DNA of 64,000 nt, the filler included, from an uncultured Methanosarcinales archaeon (GTDB lineage Archaea; Nanobdellota; Nanobdellia; Woesearchaeales; JABMPP01): NCBI GenBank assembly GCA_964604995.1. It is 4 parts of 4 records of this genome, joined end to end, with 100 filler letters (N's around TTAATTAATTAA, not from the genome) between each part and the next. Parts side by side here need not be neighbours in the genome. Positions count along the whole stretch, not along the records: positions 1 to 23,175 come from CAZSAD010000027.1; positions 23,276 to 45,223 come from CAZSAD010000028.1; 2 more parts are not named here. The stretch is one strand, 5' to 3'. Positions 19,189 to 29,603 of the stretch are shown here, piece after piece (the stretch's first letter is position 1; every line of letters begins with the position of its first letter). A model generated the notes under the pieces. It was not told the DNA's origin. It made no database searches and worked only from the letters and a program-made list of their open reading frames with translations. The position numbers and the translations under genes are program-made.

Positions 19189-20103
19189 ATGAAATACTTC
19201 CTGTTCACAAATGTAGTTGGCAGCTTTATTTTTGATGAGAATTATTCTTTAATTGAAAAAGGCGATGAGAAAAAACTATTAAATAAATACAATCCTGAAA
19301 AATTAGCAAAAGAAGATACAAAAAAAATTCTGGGTAATTTTAAGAGAAGTGATAACTATTCTATTTTTAGAAATAAAAATTTATTACTAACAAAAAAAAA
19401 GATAAAAGATAGTGTAAAGGAAGACTTATTAATAATTCAGGCGATAGATTCGATAAATGATTTAACCAAAGTTATTGATTCTTTAATTAAAAGATTAAGA
19501 GAATGGTATGAACTTTATTCTCCGGAAGTTTCAAGAGAGGTAGAAGATCATGAAAAATTTGTAGAACTTATTTTAAAGCACGATAAGTCAGATTTGATGA
19601 ATTCTTTAAAAATAGATCATAATAATACAATGGGTGGAGATTTATCAAATGAGGACATAAAAGCTATAAAAGAGCTTGCAAAGAAACTTGAATCTTTGAT
19701 AAAATTAAGACATGAACAAGAAGATTATTTAGATAAATTAGTAAAAAGATGCTGTCCTAATGTTGCTGCAATTGCTGGAAGCTTAATTTCTGCTAAATTA
19801 ATTACACATGCAGGAAGCTTACTTAGATTATCTGAAATGCCTTCTTCAACTATACAATTACTTGGTGCTGAGAAAGCTCTTTTTAGACATATGAAAACTG
19901 GTGCAAGGTCGCCAAAGCACGGATTAATTGTTCAGCATACTTATTTTATGAAAGCTAAATCTAAAGACTATGGAAAAATAGCAAGACTTCTTGCTGATAA
20001 AATTTCAATTGCTGCTAAAGTTGATTATTTTAAAGGATCTCCGATAGGAGAAAAACTAAAAAGACAAATTGAAGCTAAGATATACCTGATGACTGGAAAG
20101 TGA
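19189..20103 (+). CDS. nop5: box C/D RNP protein Nop5 (Nop56/58)
   Basis: RLREWY, PSSTIQLLGAEKALF, SPKHG, KISIAAKVDYF. Confidence 0.92.
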   Translation: MKYFLFTNVVGSFIFDENYSLIEKGDEKKLLNKYNPEKLAKEDTKKILGNFKRSDNYSIFRNKNLLLTKKKIKDSVKEDLLIIQAIDSINDLTKVIDSLIKRLREWYELYSPEVSREVEDHEKFVELILKHDKSDLMNSLKIDHNNTMGGDLSNEDIKAIKELAKKLESLIKLRHEQEDYLDKLVKRCCPNVAAIAGSLISAKLITHAGSLLRLSEMPSSTIQLLGAEKALFRHMKTGARSPKHGLIVQHTYFMKAKSKDYGKIARLLADKISIAAKVDYFKGSPIGEKLKRQIEAKIYLMTGK

Positions 20104-20107
20104 AATT

Positions 20108-20785
20108 ATGATAAGACAAACAAGATTTCCAAATATTTTTGAAGCTGAAAAAAATAGAAAAAAAATAATTTTAACTAGAAGTATTGCTCCTGGAAAAAAG
20201 GTTTATGGTGAAAGTTTGATTAGAGAAGGAAATGTTGAATATAGAGAGTGGGATCCTTGGAAAAGCAAACTTTGCGCTGCAATAACAAAAGGAATTAGTC
20301 AAATCGGACTAAGGGAAGGAAATGTTGTAATGTATCTTGGAGCTTCAACTGGAACAACTGTTTCACATGTATCAGATATTGTTACAAATTCAGGATTTGT
20401 ATTTGCTTTAGATTTTGCACCAAGAGTACTTAGAGAATTAGTATTTGTTGCGGAAGATAGAAAAAATATTGCACCAGTTCTTGCTGATGCTGCAAGAGTT
20501 GATACTTTTGCAGATAAAGTTTCTCAAGCTGATTTTTTGTACCAAGATATTGCACAAAGAGGACAAGCTGATATTTTTCTTAAAGCCTGCGATTGGTTCT
20601 TGAAAAAAGATGGAATTGGAATACTTTGTGTAAAAGCAAGAAGTGTTGATATATCAAAAAGACCAAGAGAAATTTATCAAATAACAAGAAAAATGATAGA
20701 GCAAAAACTAACTATTGTAGATTATATTGAACTAGATCCATTTCAAAAAGACCATTGTATGTTTGTTTGCAAGAAAAAGAATTGA
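20108..20785 (+). CDS. flpA: fibrillarin rRNA 2'-O-methyltransferase
   Basis: VYGE, YREWDPWKSKL, YLGASTGTTVSH, QDIAQ. Confidence 0.95.
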   Translation: MIRQTRFPNIFEAEKNRKKIILTRSIAPGKKVYGESLIREGNVEYREWDPWKSKLCAAITKGISQIGLREGNVVMYLGASTGTTVSHVSDIVTNSGFVFALDFAPRVLRELVFVAEDRKNIAPVLADAARVDTFADKVSQADFLYQDIAQRGQADIFLKACDWFLKKDGIGILCVKARSVDISKRPREIYQITRKMIEQKLTIVDYIELDPFQKDHCMFVCKKKN

Positions 20786-20836
20786 TTTTTAACTACGATA
20801 TAATGGCAAAAACTTATAAATAATTTCAAATTAGAT

Positions 20837-21517
20837 ATGGTAATGGATAAACCACCTATTCAAACTATTAATAAAATAACAAAACCCCTAGAAGAATTAA
20901 CTGAGGAAGAAATTTTATTAATGGTAAAAACAAGCGTGGGTTTTGACAAATTAAAACCCCATATTTTTGATTATAACTACCCACAATTTATAGAACTTTT
21001 TAATTGGAAATACTCACAATTTTTGCAATCTCTTGTTCAAGTTTATAATTCTGTTATTGAACATTCAATGGACAATAATATTGTTGCAAAAACAAGAGAA
21101 GTAATTGAAAAAGGAAGTAGTACTCAAATTCTTTATGCAGATAATAATGATTCTGCCATACTAATTTACAAACTATTAAGAAATAAAGGGTATACTAATG
21201 TTACTATGATTAGGAATACAAAAGACACTATTGAAAAAGCAAGAGAAGTCAACTTTGATTTGATATTAATGGATACAATTTCAGCTGATTTTGATTGCAA
21301 TAGTCAATTAAATGGTTATATTGCAACTAAAGAAATTAAAAAGCTTCCAAATCATAAAAATACTCCAATAATTGCATTAGCAAAATATAAAGGTTCAAAA
21401 AATGGAAATAAAGAATGTTTTGAAGCAGGATGTGTAGATGTAATTATTAAACCAGTTAACGTTGAAGAACTTTTTAATAAGGTAATAAGATATACAAGAT
21501 TAAAAGAAAATTCTTAA
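20837..21517 (+). CDS. response-regulator receiver domain protein with N-terminal extension
   Basis: ILYADNN, DLILMD, NGY, PIIAL, AGCVDVIIKPV. Confidence 0.8.
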   Translation: MVMDKPPIQTINKITKPLEELTEEEILLMVKTSVGFDKLKPHIFDYNYPQFIELFNWKYSQFLQSLVQVYNSVIEHSMDNNIVAKTREVIEKGSSTQILYADNNDSAILIYKLLRNKGYTNVTMIRNTKDTIEKAREVNFDLILMDTISADFDCNSQLNGYIATKEIKKLPNHKNTPIIALAKYKGSKNGNKECFEAGCVDVIIKPVNVEELFNKVIRYTRLKENS

Positions 21518-21658
21518 TGGATAAGATTAATTATATTTTTTTAAATAATAAAACATCAAAAGATGTAGAAATAATTTATTTAGAGTAAATAAGTTAAGAA
21601 TCTCATTTATTTCTCAAAGTAGCAAAAATATAAATAGTTTTCTTATGATTTGAGTAGT

Positions 21659-23065
21659 ATGCTAGAGCTCTTTAACACATTAAGCAGGAAAAAAGAACAA
21701 TTTGTAGAGTTACATAAAGGAAAGGTTGGGATGTATACTTGTGGACCTACTGTCTATAATTTTGCACATATTGGTAATTTTAGAGCATATATTTGTGCTG
21801 ATATTCTTAAAAGATATCTTGAATACAAAGGATATGATGTTTTGCATGTAATGAATATAACTGATGTTGATGATAAAACAATTAGAGATTCACAAAAAGA
21901 AGGATTGGGCCTAAAACAATTTACTGATAAATATTCTAATGCTTTTTTTGAAGATATAGAAAAATTAAATATTGAAAAAGCACATTTTTTTCCAAAAGCA
22001 ACTGAGCATATTGCTGAAATGATTGTTCTAATAAAAAATTTGATGAAGAAAGGTTATGCATATAGAGGAGAGGATGGCTCAATTTATTTTGCAATATCTA
22101 AATTCAAAGATTATGGAAAACTTTCAAAAGTGAAACTTGACGAGCTTCAAAATGGAGCTAGTGAAAGAGTGAAACTTGATGAATATGAAAAAGAACAGGT
22201 ACAAGATTTTGCACTTTGGAAAGCTTGGGATAAAAGTGATGGGGAAGTTTTCTGGGATGGCGGAGAGGGAATTGGTAAAGGACGACCAGGATGGCATATA
22301 GAATGTAGCGCAATGAGTACAAAATATTTAGGCGAAACTTTTGATATTCATACAGGTGGAGTAGATTTAATTTTCCCACATCATGAAAATGAAATAGCAC
22401 AAAGTGAAGCTGCTAATGACAAAGAATTTGTAAAATATTGGATACATAATGAATATTTAATGGTCGATGGCAAAAAGATGTCAAAAAAACTTGGAAATTT
22501 TTATACATTACGAGATTTACTTGCCAAAGGATACAGTCCAAGAGCAATTAGATATCTTTTGATTTCTGCACATTATAAAGTTCAACTTAATTTTACAGAA
22601 ACTGGTCTAAAAGGAGCTGAAGAGACAATTGAAAAACTAAGAGAGGTTATTCTTAAACTTAAAGATACTAATGGAAAAGATTGTCAAAACGAAATTGAAA
22701 AACTGATTATTGAATGTAAAAAAGAATTTGAAAAAAATATGGATGATGATTTGAATATAAGCGCAGCATTAGCTGCATTGTTTGATTTTATAAGAGAAGT
22801 AAACAAACTTTTAGCAAATGATAATATTTCAAAAGAAAATTCCTCTAAAATTTTAGAATTTTTAAATTCAATTGACAAAGTTATTGGAGTTTTAAATTTT
22901 GAAGAAGAAAAAACTCCTCAAAATGTTTTGGAACTTGTTTTGAAAAGAGAAGAAGCTAGAAAGAAAAAAGACTTTGCACTTTCTGATAAGTTGCGAGATG
23001 AAATAAAAAAATTAGGATGGTTAGTTTCTGACACTAAAGAAGGACAGAAAGTGAAAAAAGAATGA
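21659..23065 (+). CDS. cysS: cysteine--tRNA ligase
   Basis: CGPTVY, HIGN, GRPGWHIECS, KMSK. Confidence 0.97.
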   Translation: MLELFNTLSRKKEQFVELHKGKVGMYTCGPTVYNFAHIGNFRAYICADILKRYLEYKGYDVLHVMNITDVDDKTIRDSQKEGLGLKQFTDKYSNAFFEDIEKLNIEKAHFFPKATEHIAEMIVLIKNLMKKGYAYRGEDGSIYFAISKFKDYGKLSKVKLDELQNGASERVKLDEYEKEQVQDFALWKAWDKSDGEVFWDGGEGIGKGRPGWHIECSAMSTKYLGETFDIHTGGVDLIFPHHENEIAQSEAANDKEFVKYWIHNEYLMVDGKKMSKKLGNFYTLRDLLAKGYSPRAIRYLLISAHYKVQLNFTETGLKGAEETIEKLREVILKLKDTNGKDCQNEIEKLIIECKKEFEKNMDDDLNISAALAALFDFIREVNKLLANDNISKENSSKILEFLNSIDKVIGVLNFEEEKTPQNVLELVLKREEARKKKDFALSDKLRDEIKKLGWLVSDTKEGQKVKKE

Positions 23066-23175
23066 TATTTTCTAAAAAAAGAAAAATAAATTTTGAAGAT
23101 TATTTTCTAGATAAATATGGAAAAACTATTAAAAATTATTTTAAACTTTATCAAAATAAATCTAATGATCCGAAG
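23062..23175 (+). CDS. hypothetical protein, 3' truncated by contig end
   Basis: ATGA overlap with the cysS stop; open frame MIFSKKRKINFEDYFLDKYG... to the gap. Confidence 0.45.
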
Positions 23176-23275
23176 NNNNNNNNNNNNNNNNNNNNNNNNN
23201 NNNNNNNNNNNNNNNNNNNTTAATTAATTAANNNNNNNNNNNNNNNNNNNNNNNNNNNNNNNNNNNNNNNNNNNN
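23176..23275. other. artificial contig-join spacer
   Basis: N44-TTAATTAATTAA-N44 (stops in all six frames). Confidence 0.97.
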
Positions 23276-24203
23276 ACTCAACATTTGAAGGAAATAAAAA
23301 TAAATTTGATTGTTTATATGCACTTACTGTTTGTTCTCTTTGAAGATTTTTAATAATTATTTTTTTATTATCAATCAATCTAAATGGGGAATTATTAAAC
23401 AGAAATGCTGAACGCTTGCATTTTTCTCTACATCTTCCACCAAAACCAAACAAGAGGGATAATGATCTTCTAACAAACAATATAACTTTATTTTTATTAG
23501 TGTTAACTTCATCCCCAATTATTAATAAAGTTGCATTTTTAATTCTTGCTTTTCTAAAAATTTTTATTGCCTCTTTATGTCCTTTTAAAGAGGTGTGTGA
23601 ACCAACTAAAAGGATGAGAGCGTGATCTTTAGGAATATTGAGTAAGAATCTAATATTTATGTTATTAACTCCCAAAAACTCTTCTTCTGATGCACCATTT
23701 GGTATTAAAATATTCTTTTGTATTTTATTTTCCCTTGCAAAATTAATATCTCTATAATTGTCGGAGAGAAATATGTTGATGTCATATTTTTTCATCCATT
23801 TTTTCATGTTCTCAAAATATTCTTTGTATCTTGGTAGGTACAAACCTGAAAAACCTGTAGGAACATTTACTTTCTTTGCTTTTATTTGGTCAAGTAATGG
23901 GAGCATAATATCTGTTGCCCATTGTTGTGCTGCAAAATTAGTGATTATATCAAACTTAGAATTTAATAAAAATTCCCCATATTTTTTTACTTCCCCCTTA
24001 AGTCCCATCACCAAATTGCCAGTTATATCAAATTCCACAATATGCACACCATTAATCATCTTTTTTTTCCTTTGGAGATTTTTTGATGTTGCTACAGTTA
24101 CTTGATGACCTAATCTTACAAGTCTTTCTGATATCTGTTTAACTACCTCGACCATTCCGCCCGTATCAGGAAAGTATGTTTCAACTGTGTGGAGTATTTT
24201 CAT
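23276..24203 (-). CDS. glycosyltransferase family 4 (3' truncated)
   Basis: YFPDTGG, GHQVTV, IPNG, LFLFPSNVE at the contig end. Confidence 0.85.
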
Positions 24204-25738
24204 TTTAATTTTATATTAGACATCCATTCATTTAATAGTTTGGTTTCACATTCATCTATAAGATAAAAACTTAAAATTTCTTTTATTCGTTTATTAAATT
24301 CAGCATCAGAAAAACTTTCTTTTTTATTTGCAGTCACTGTAATATTTCTTGTTGATTTATATTCAGTAAAATCAATTCGATTTATCTTAAATCCCAGTCG
24401 GTTTAGAATAAATTTATATTTCTCTTCGTACCACCCATCTTTATGAATTGCCCAGGATGCTTCATGAGAACCAAAAATATGCCTCAAAATTTGTGCCTGT
24501 TTCTTGAAATCTTTTTGTAAAAATAATTCTTTGAAACAAGTCTTTATATCGGGAGTCTCAATAACTAATTTTCCATTTGATTTTAAGACTTTATTCCATT
24601 TTACAAGCAATGATAAAGATTCAGGATAGGTAAAATGTTCAAAAACATGATGTAATCTTATTTCATCTACGGAACTATTCTTTAATTTTAACTTAGTAAT
24701 GTCACAATAAAAATCCACTTTTCTATGCTTTAATTGAACTGTACTATAAGAGGGAGGGTAATCAATATTTATGTATCCTTTAAAGTATTTCCCACCACAA
24801 CCCAAATGTAACCTAAGTTCTTTTTTATGTTTGAGAAATATATTAAATTTAAACCATCTGAACAAGTAAATTAATGGGTAAAATACCCTGAATGAAACTG
24901 CTTTTATAAAAAAATAGACTGGTTGATATTTTTTTAAGGATTTTATCAATAAAACTAACTTGTCTTTTCTAATCTGACTTTCAAACATTTTTTTTTCTGG
25001 CTTAGTTAAGATTTCCATATTTATAATCCTTTTAAGAAATTCTATTTTTTTCTGCACACTTTGTGACGTAGAAATCTTAGAGGAAATACTATTTGAATGT
25101 TGCCTATAATATATAAGTTTTTTGGGAATATAATATATTCTTGTTTTTAGAGCGCTAGCTCTTAACCAGTATTCATAATCTGGATGATACCCTTTTTTTT
25201 CTTCAAAATAATAGCCAATCTTTGAAATAACACTCTTTTTCATTAAGACTGTAGATTGTATAATATAATTATTTTTAATCAATATGTTCAGAGTTAGTCG
25301 ACCTTCTTTTATGTTCCTAAAATAATCACCTACTTTTTCAGAATTTTCATCAATGGTTGAAGCATTTGTACAAAGAATACTTACTTCTCCAAGTTTTTTT
25401 ATAAGTCCAACCTGCTCTTTAATTCTATTTTTTTTCATAACATCATCAGAATCCAAAAAAGCAATATATTCTCCTTTAGAAGCCCTTATCCCGATGTTCC
25501 TAGGGATTGCATGTGCTCCACTATGTTTTAATTTAAAATATTGTATTTTATCAGGGTATTTCTTTAAAAAGGTTTTTACAAGAGATTCTGTTCCATCGGT
25601 TGAACCATCATCACATATAATTATCTCTATTTTTTTGTAAGTCTGTTTAAGACAACTATTTATAGATTCAGCTAAATAATTTGATGAATTATAAGTTGGT
25701 ATAATTATCGAAACCAGTTCTTTATTTTTGTTTCCCAT
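24200..25738 (-). CDS. GT2 glycosyltransferase fused to a C-terminal SAM-dependent methyltransferase-like domain
   Basis: IPTYN, DDGSTD and FLDSDD, then LHLGCG...GYINID...HVFEH. Confidence 0.85.
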   Translation of the reverse strand: MGNKNKELVSIIIPTYNSSNYLAESINSCLKQTYKKIEIIICDDGSTDGTESLVKTFLKKYPDKIQYFKLKHSGAHAIPRNIGIRASKGEYIAFLDSDDVMKKNRIKEQVGLIKKLGEVSILCTNASTIDENSEKVGDYFRNIKEGRLTLNILIKNNYIIQSTVLMKKSVISKIGYYFEEKKGYHPDYEYWLRASALKTRIYYIPKKLIYYRQHSNSISSKISTSQSVQKKIEFLKRIINMEILTKPEKKMFESQIRKDKLVLLIKSLKKYQPVYFFIKAVSFRVFYPLIYLFRWFKFNIFLKHKKELRLHLGCGGKYFKGYINIDYPPSYSTVQLKHRKVDFYCDITKLKLKNSSVDEIRLHHVFEHFTYPESLSLLVKWNKVLKSNGKLVIETPDIKTCFKELFLQKDFKKQAQILRHIFGSHEASWAIHKDGWYEEKYKFILNRLGFKINRIDFTEYKSTRNITVTANKKESFSDAEFNKRIKEILSFYLIDECETKLLNEWMSNIKLK

Positions 25739-26469
25739 TTCTCCCTTTGCCTTAACATTATAAAAAATATATTATGGTAATATTTTTTGATTATTTTATT
25801 TTTTTCCTCTTCTAAAAGATTTTTATTTTTTGGAGATCTACTTTTTTGATCAGGTCTAAATCTAAAATTTGCAATATTTAAATTTATATATTTAAAAGAA
25901 GATATTTTAGATAATCTGATATACATTTCATAATCCATCCAGAGAAATAAACTTTCATCAAATTCTCCAACTTGTTTAAGTTTTTCCATATTAAAAAAAC
26001 TGGCCGGTCCATAAATAACATTACCACTTTTTTGAAGGAAGAAATTAACTTCTTTTGGAGGAGTATATAAAGCTTTATTGTTTCTATTTGACATAAAACA
26101 ATTTCCATATATAACACCACATTTTTTATTCGATTGAAAAAATTTTGCCAGCTTAGAAAATATATTTGGTTCATAGTAATCATCCGCATTCAACCATGCA
26201 AACCAATCTCCAGTAGACATTCTTAATCCTTTATTTATAGCATTAGTTTGCCCATTATCTGGTTCTGATATCCATTTTATTTTATCAGGATATTTTTTGG
26301 AATATTTTTTTAGGATTTTTAGAGTGTTATCTGTAGAACCTCCATCAATAACAATATACTCAAAATTTTTATAATTTTGTTTTAACACACTTAAAATCGC
26401 CTGTTCAATATATTTTCCACAGTTAAAAGAAGGAGTTATAATTGACAGTTTCTGTTTTTTAGCAGTCAT
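25705..26469 (-). CDS. glycosyltransferase family 2
   Basis: ITPSFN, DGGSTD, SEPDNGQTNAINKG, WLNADD. Confidence 0.9.
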   Translation of the reverse strand: MTAKKQKLSIITPSFNCGKYIEQAILSVLKQNYKNFEYIVIDGGSTDNTLKILKKYSKKYPDKIKWISEPDNGQTNAINKGLRMSTGDWFAWLNADDYYEPNIFSKLAKFFQSNKKCGVIYGNCFMSNRNNKALYTPPKEVNFFLQKSGNVIYGPASFFNMEKLKQVGEFDESLFLWMDYEMYIRLSKISSFKYINLNIANFRFRPDQKSRSPKNKNLLEEEKNKIIKKYYHNIFFIMLRQREKWETKIKNWFR

Positions 26470-27673
26470 TTTTTATGATACCCCTATATAATTTTAAATA
26501 GTTTTGAGCTTGTTTTTTTAATGTAAATTTTTTTATTATTCTTTTTCTAGATTTAATACCATACTCTTTTTGTAAATTAGGATTATTTAATAGTAAATTT
26601 ATTCCTTTTGTCAAATCATCAACGTCTTTATATTTTGCTATATGGCCTGTTTTCTTATGTTGAACTAATTCAGGGATACCTCCCGTATTAAATGTTACAA
26701 CAGATAAACCACAAGACATGGCCTCTAATACTACTAACGGGCAATTATCTTGCATAGAGGGATAAAGTAATATATCCGCACAGGCATAATATTCTGCAAG
26801 TTTAGTTTCGGAATTTATTAATCCGGCATTGATAGTTTCAAAACCTTTAAGTTTAAAATCATTATTATCTCCCATTATTAATAATAAGATATTTTTTTTA
26901 TTCTTAACTTTATTCAAAGCCTTAACTAAATAATTAAATCCTTTATATTGATTAGTTCTACCAATAGCACTAAATAATATAACTTGTTTATTAATACTAA
27001 TATTAAGTTTCTTTCTAATGTTTTTTTTATTCTGTGGTTTGAATATATCAGAATCTATACCATTATAGATCAATCTAACTTTATTCTTTGGAGACATACT
27101 TTTTTCCACTAATTTTCTAAGCCAATTTGAAGGTGTTACTAAATACATATTCGGGTGACTAAGTATTTTTTTCTTAAGTTGAAAAAGATAATGAGATTTG
27201 TCTTTATTTATAGCAGGATAATAATCTAAATGGGGACAAACTTCACATTCATTCTTCCAGCCTTCGCATCCAAAAGATATAGCACAATGACCTGTCATTG
27301 CCCACATATCGTGAAGTGTCCAAACTATTTTTTTGTGTTCCAGTATTTTTAATAGTGTATGAATATTGAAGTAACCTCCATGAATATTATGTAAATTTAT
27401 AATATCATATTTTGAATAATTCTTCTTTTTTATAAACCAAAGATAAGAAGGGTCAAAAAAGTATTGTAAATTGGTGTGTTTTTCAAACATATTAGTATAT
27501 TTTCTAATTTTTTTAATGAACGAAGGGAATTCTATAACCCTTTTGTCATTTGAGGATTTTACATTCACTAATAATTTTACATTATGATTTTTCTTAAATT
27601 TGTGATGCAATCTATATGCAACCATTGCTGCACCGCCTATCTTTTCAAAAGTGTTAATTTGTAATATTTTCAT
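26459..27673 (-). CDS. glycosyltransferase family 4 (WcaC-like)
   Basis: GGAA, WTLHDMW..TGHC, DNCPLVVLEAMSCG. Confidence 0.88.
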   Translation of the reverse strand: MKILQINTFEKIGGAAMVAYRLHHKFKKNHNVKLLVNVKSSNDKRVIEFPSFIKKIRKYTNMFEKHTNLQYFFDPSYLWFIKKKNYSKYDIINLHNIHGGYFNIHTLLKILEHKKIVWTLHDMWAMTGHCAISFGCEGWKNECEVCPHLDYYPAINKDKSHYLFQLKKKILSHPNMYLVTPSNWLRKLVEKSMSPKNKVRLIYNGIDSDIFKPQNKKNIRKKLNISINKQVILFSAIGRTNQYKGFNYLVKALNKVKNKKNILLLIMGDNNDFKLKGFETINAGLINSETKLAEYYACADILLYPSMQDNCPLVVLEAMSCGLSVVTFNTGGIPELVQHKKTGHIAKYKDVDDLTKGINLLLNNPNLQKEYGIKSRKRIIKKFTLKKQAQNYLKLYRGIIKNDC

Positions 27674-27676
27674 TTT

Positions 27677-28861
27677 TTACACAAAGACGCACTTACTAAC
27701 ATTATTATTAAAACGATGTCTTTTTAAAGTTTGTAAATAGTTTATTCGATGAATATACCCTTTAACCATATTTTCAAGATTGAATTTTTTTTCAATTAAA
27801 GTTACTGAACGGCTGCCCATAATTTTGAGTTCTTTTTGATTTAACAACGCTCGTTCTATTACATCAGAAAGTTGATTTGTACTTCCATTGAAATACCACC
27901 CATTATAACCATCAATTATAAGATCTTCTTCACTTCCATCTGCATGAGCACAGATTATTGGAAGACCCATTGCCATGGCAGTATTTAAACCTAAACCACC
28001 CAATGCAGGTAATACAAAAAGCGATGATTGAAATAAGCGATTTGCTAATCTGTTTGCATCGTAAATTCCACCTGTGAATTCTACTTTTGCATTAAGACCT
28101 AATACTTTAGCTTTTAACTCAAGACATTTTTTTTGAGATCCTTCCCCAATTATTATAAGTTTTGCTTTAGGAAATTTTGATGCAATATTTGCAAAAGCAT
28201 TTAGTAATAAATCTACTTTTTTTCCTTTAGATAATCTACCTACGAAAACAATTGTGTTTTTATCTCTTTTTCTACCTTTTTTTTCCCATTTATAATATAA
28301 TTTTGTAAGTGTTGAAGTGTTGATAGCGTTATGAGTTAAAGTAATTTTACGTTTTGGTACGAATTTTACTTTGTTTAGATAATTGAACATATGAGTAGAA
28401 TGGGCTACAAAACCATCAACACGACGAATTGCAATTAGGTTCATTATAGTTCTTTGTATATTACCTGGAAAAAAAGAATTGATTGTTGCACCAAAGAAGT
28501 TTTGTGTCTCATACCCATCACAACCCATCCAAATTGTTTGTACACCACTGGATTTTATTTTTTTATACATTTCTTTATTTGAAGTGATATGGGTAAGCGT
28601 ATTCCCTCCTGAAACAAGTATATCTGCACCATATTTTTTTAATATATCAAATATTTGGGGATGAAAACCAAAACATTTAGGGTCTTCTTTAAGTCTAATA
28701 ACTTTGAATGGTAAATTCTTTTTTATGTCTAATACTCCATCGACTTTCCTATATTTGCTACCTATTACAATTAAATCAACATGTTTAGATAGTTCTCTGA
28801 AAAAGTCCACCCTATATTGAGGTATAACATATTGTTCAAAAACTACAACTGGTTTTGCCAT
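27677..28861 (-). CDS. glycosyltransferase family 4
   Basis: FVGRL..GKKVD, LPALGGLGLNTAMAMGLP. Confidence 0.85.
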   Translation of the reverse strand: MAKPVVVFEQYVIPQYRVDFFRELSKHVDLIVIGSKYRKVDGVLDIKKNLPFKVIRLKEDPKCFGFHPQIFDILKKYGADILVSGGNTLTHITSNKEMYKKIKSSGVQTIWMGCDGYETQNFFGATINSFFPGNIQRTIMNLIAIRRVDGFVAHSTHMFNYLNKVKFVPKRKITLTHNAINTSTLTKLYYKWEKKGRKRDKNTIVFVGRLSKGKKVDLLLNAFANIASKFPKAKLIIIGEGSQKKCLELKAKVLGLNAKVEFTGGIYDANRLANRLFQSSLFVLPALGGLGLNTAMAMGLPIICAHADGSEEDLIIDGYNGWYFNGSTNQLSDVIERALLNQKELKIMGSRSVTLIEKKFNLENMVKGYIHRINYLQTLKRHRFNNNVSKCVFV

Positions 28862-28865
28862 ATTC

Positions 28866-29603
28866 TCATTTAACCTTATTGGTTTTAATAAATAAATAGT
28901 CTCTCTCATTTTCAGTTATTGGATAAAATCCAGCTTTGCGAATATAATTTACAATATCCCTAGTATCTTTTATTGAAAATTTGTCAACACAGTGGTGGTG
29001 AAATTCAATGAAAATCTGGTTGAATAAGGATAATGTTTTGACTGGTGTTTTTAACAAAAGTTCATATTCCGCTCCTTCTAAATCTAGTTTAATATAATCC
29101 GCATTTTTAAGATTGACAGATTTCAGTAAATTAGATAATGTCACAGATTTTACAGCATACTTTTTGATAACATCATTTTTGACATTAATATGGTCATTTA
29201 AAATTGAACCACTTTCATTTTGATCACTTTCATTAAACAATATTTCTTTATTTGTCGAACTCACTAGTAATGGGAGATGTCTGAATTGATTGTTTGTTTC
29301 CTTAGAAAGTTTCATTAAAAAAGGCTTATGTTTTATTGTTGGATCTACACCTATTGTCTTTGCTCCATAATGTTCCATTATATATCTAGAAAAATCTGCA
29401 TCTTTTCCGCATCCAACATCCAATATTACACTTTTTTCATTAAAACTATTTACAAATAAATAGTTTGGTGGGTGTTTATGAACATTAAGACGTCTTAACT
29501 TGTATTCAAACATATTTCTCTTTATTTCATCATAGAATTTGAATAGTGTGCGAATTACTAGTATATTTTTAAGATCTTTTTTATTAAATTTAGAATTGCT
29601 CAT
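28866..29603 (-). CDS. FkbM-family methyltransferase
   Basis: DVGCG, IKLDLEGAEY, QIFIEFH. Confidence 0.85.
   Translation of the reverse strand: MSNSKFNKKDLKNILVIRTLFKFYDEIKRNMFEYKLRRLNVHKHPPNYLFVNSFNEKSVILDVGCGKDADFSRYIMEHYGAKTIGVDPTIKHKPFLMKLSKETNNQFRHLPLLVSSTNKEILFNESDQNESGSILNDHINVKNDVIKKYAVKSVTLSNLLKSVNLKNADYIKLDLEGAEYELLLKTPVKTLSLFNQIFIEFHHHCVDKFSIKDTRDIVNYIRKAGFYPITENERDYLFIKTNKVK

Noticed and set aside
19137..19200. Box C motif ATGATGA upstream of nop5 as a C/D sRNA
   Set aside because: No box D (CTGA) at a suitable distance.
23176..23275. TTAATTAATTAA palindrome flanked by Ns (also at 45268 and 61762)
   Set aside because: Identical 100-nt six-frame-stop assembly linker, not biological.
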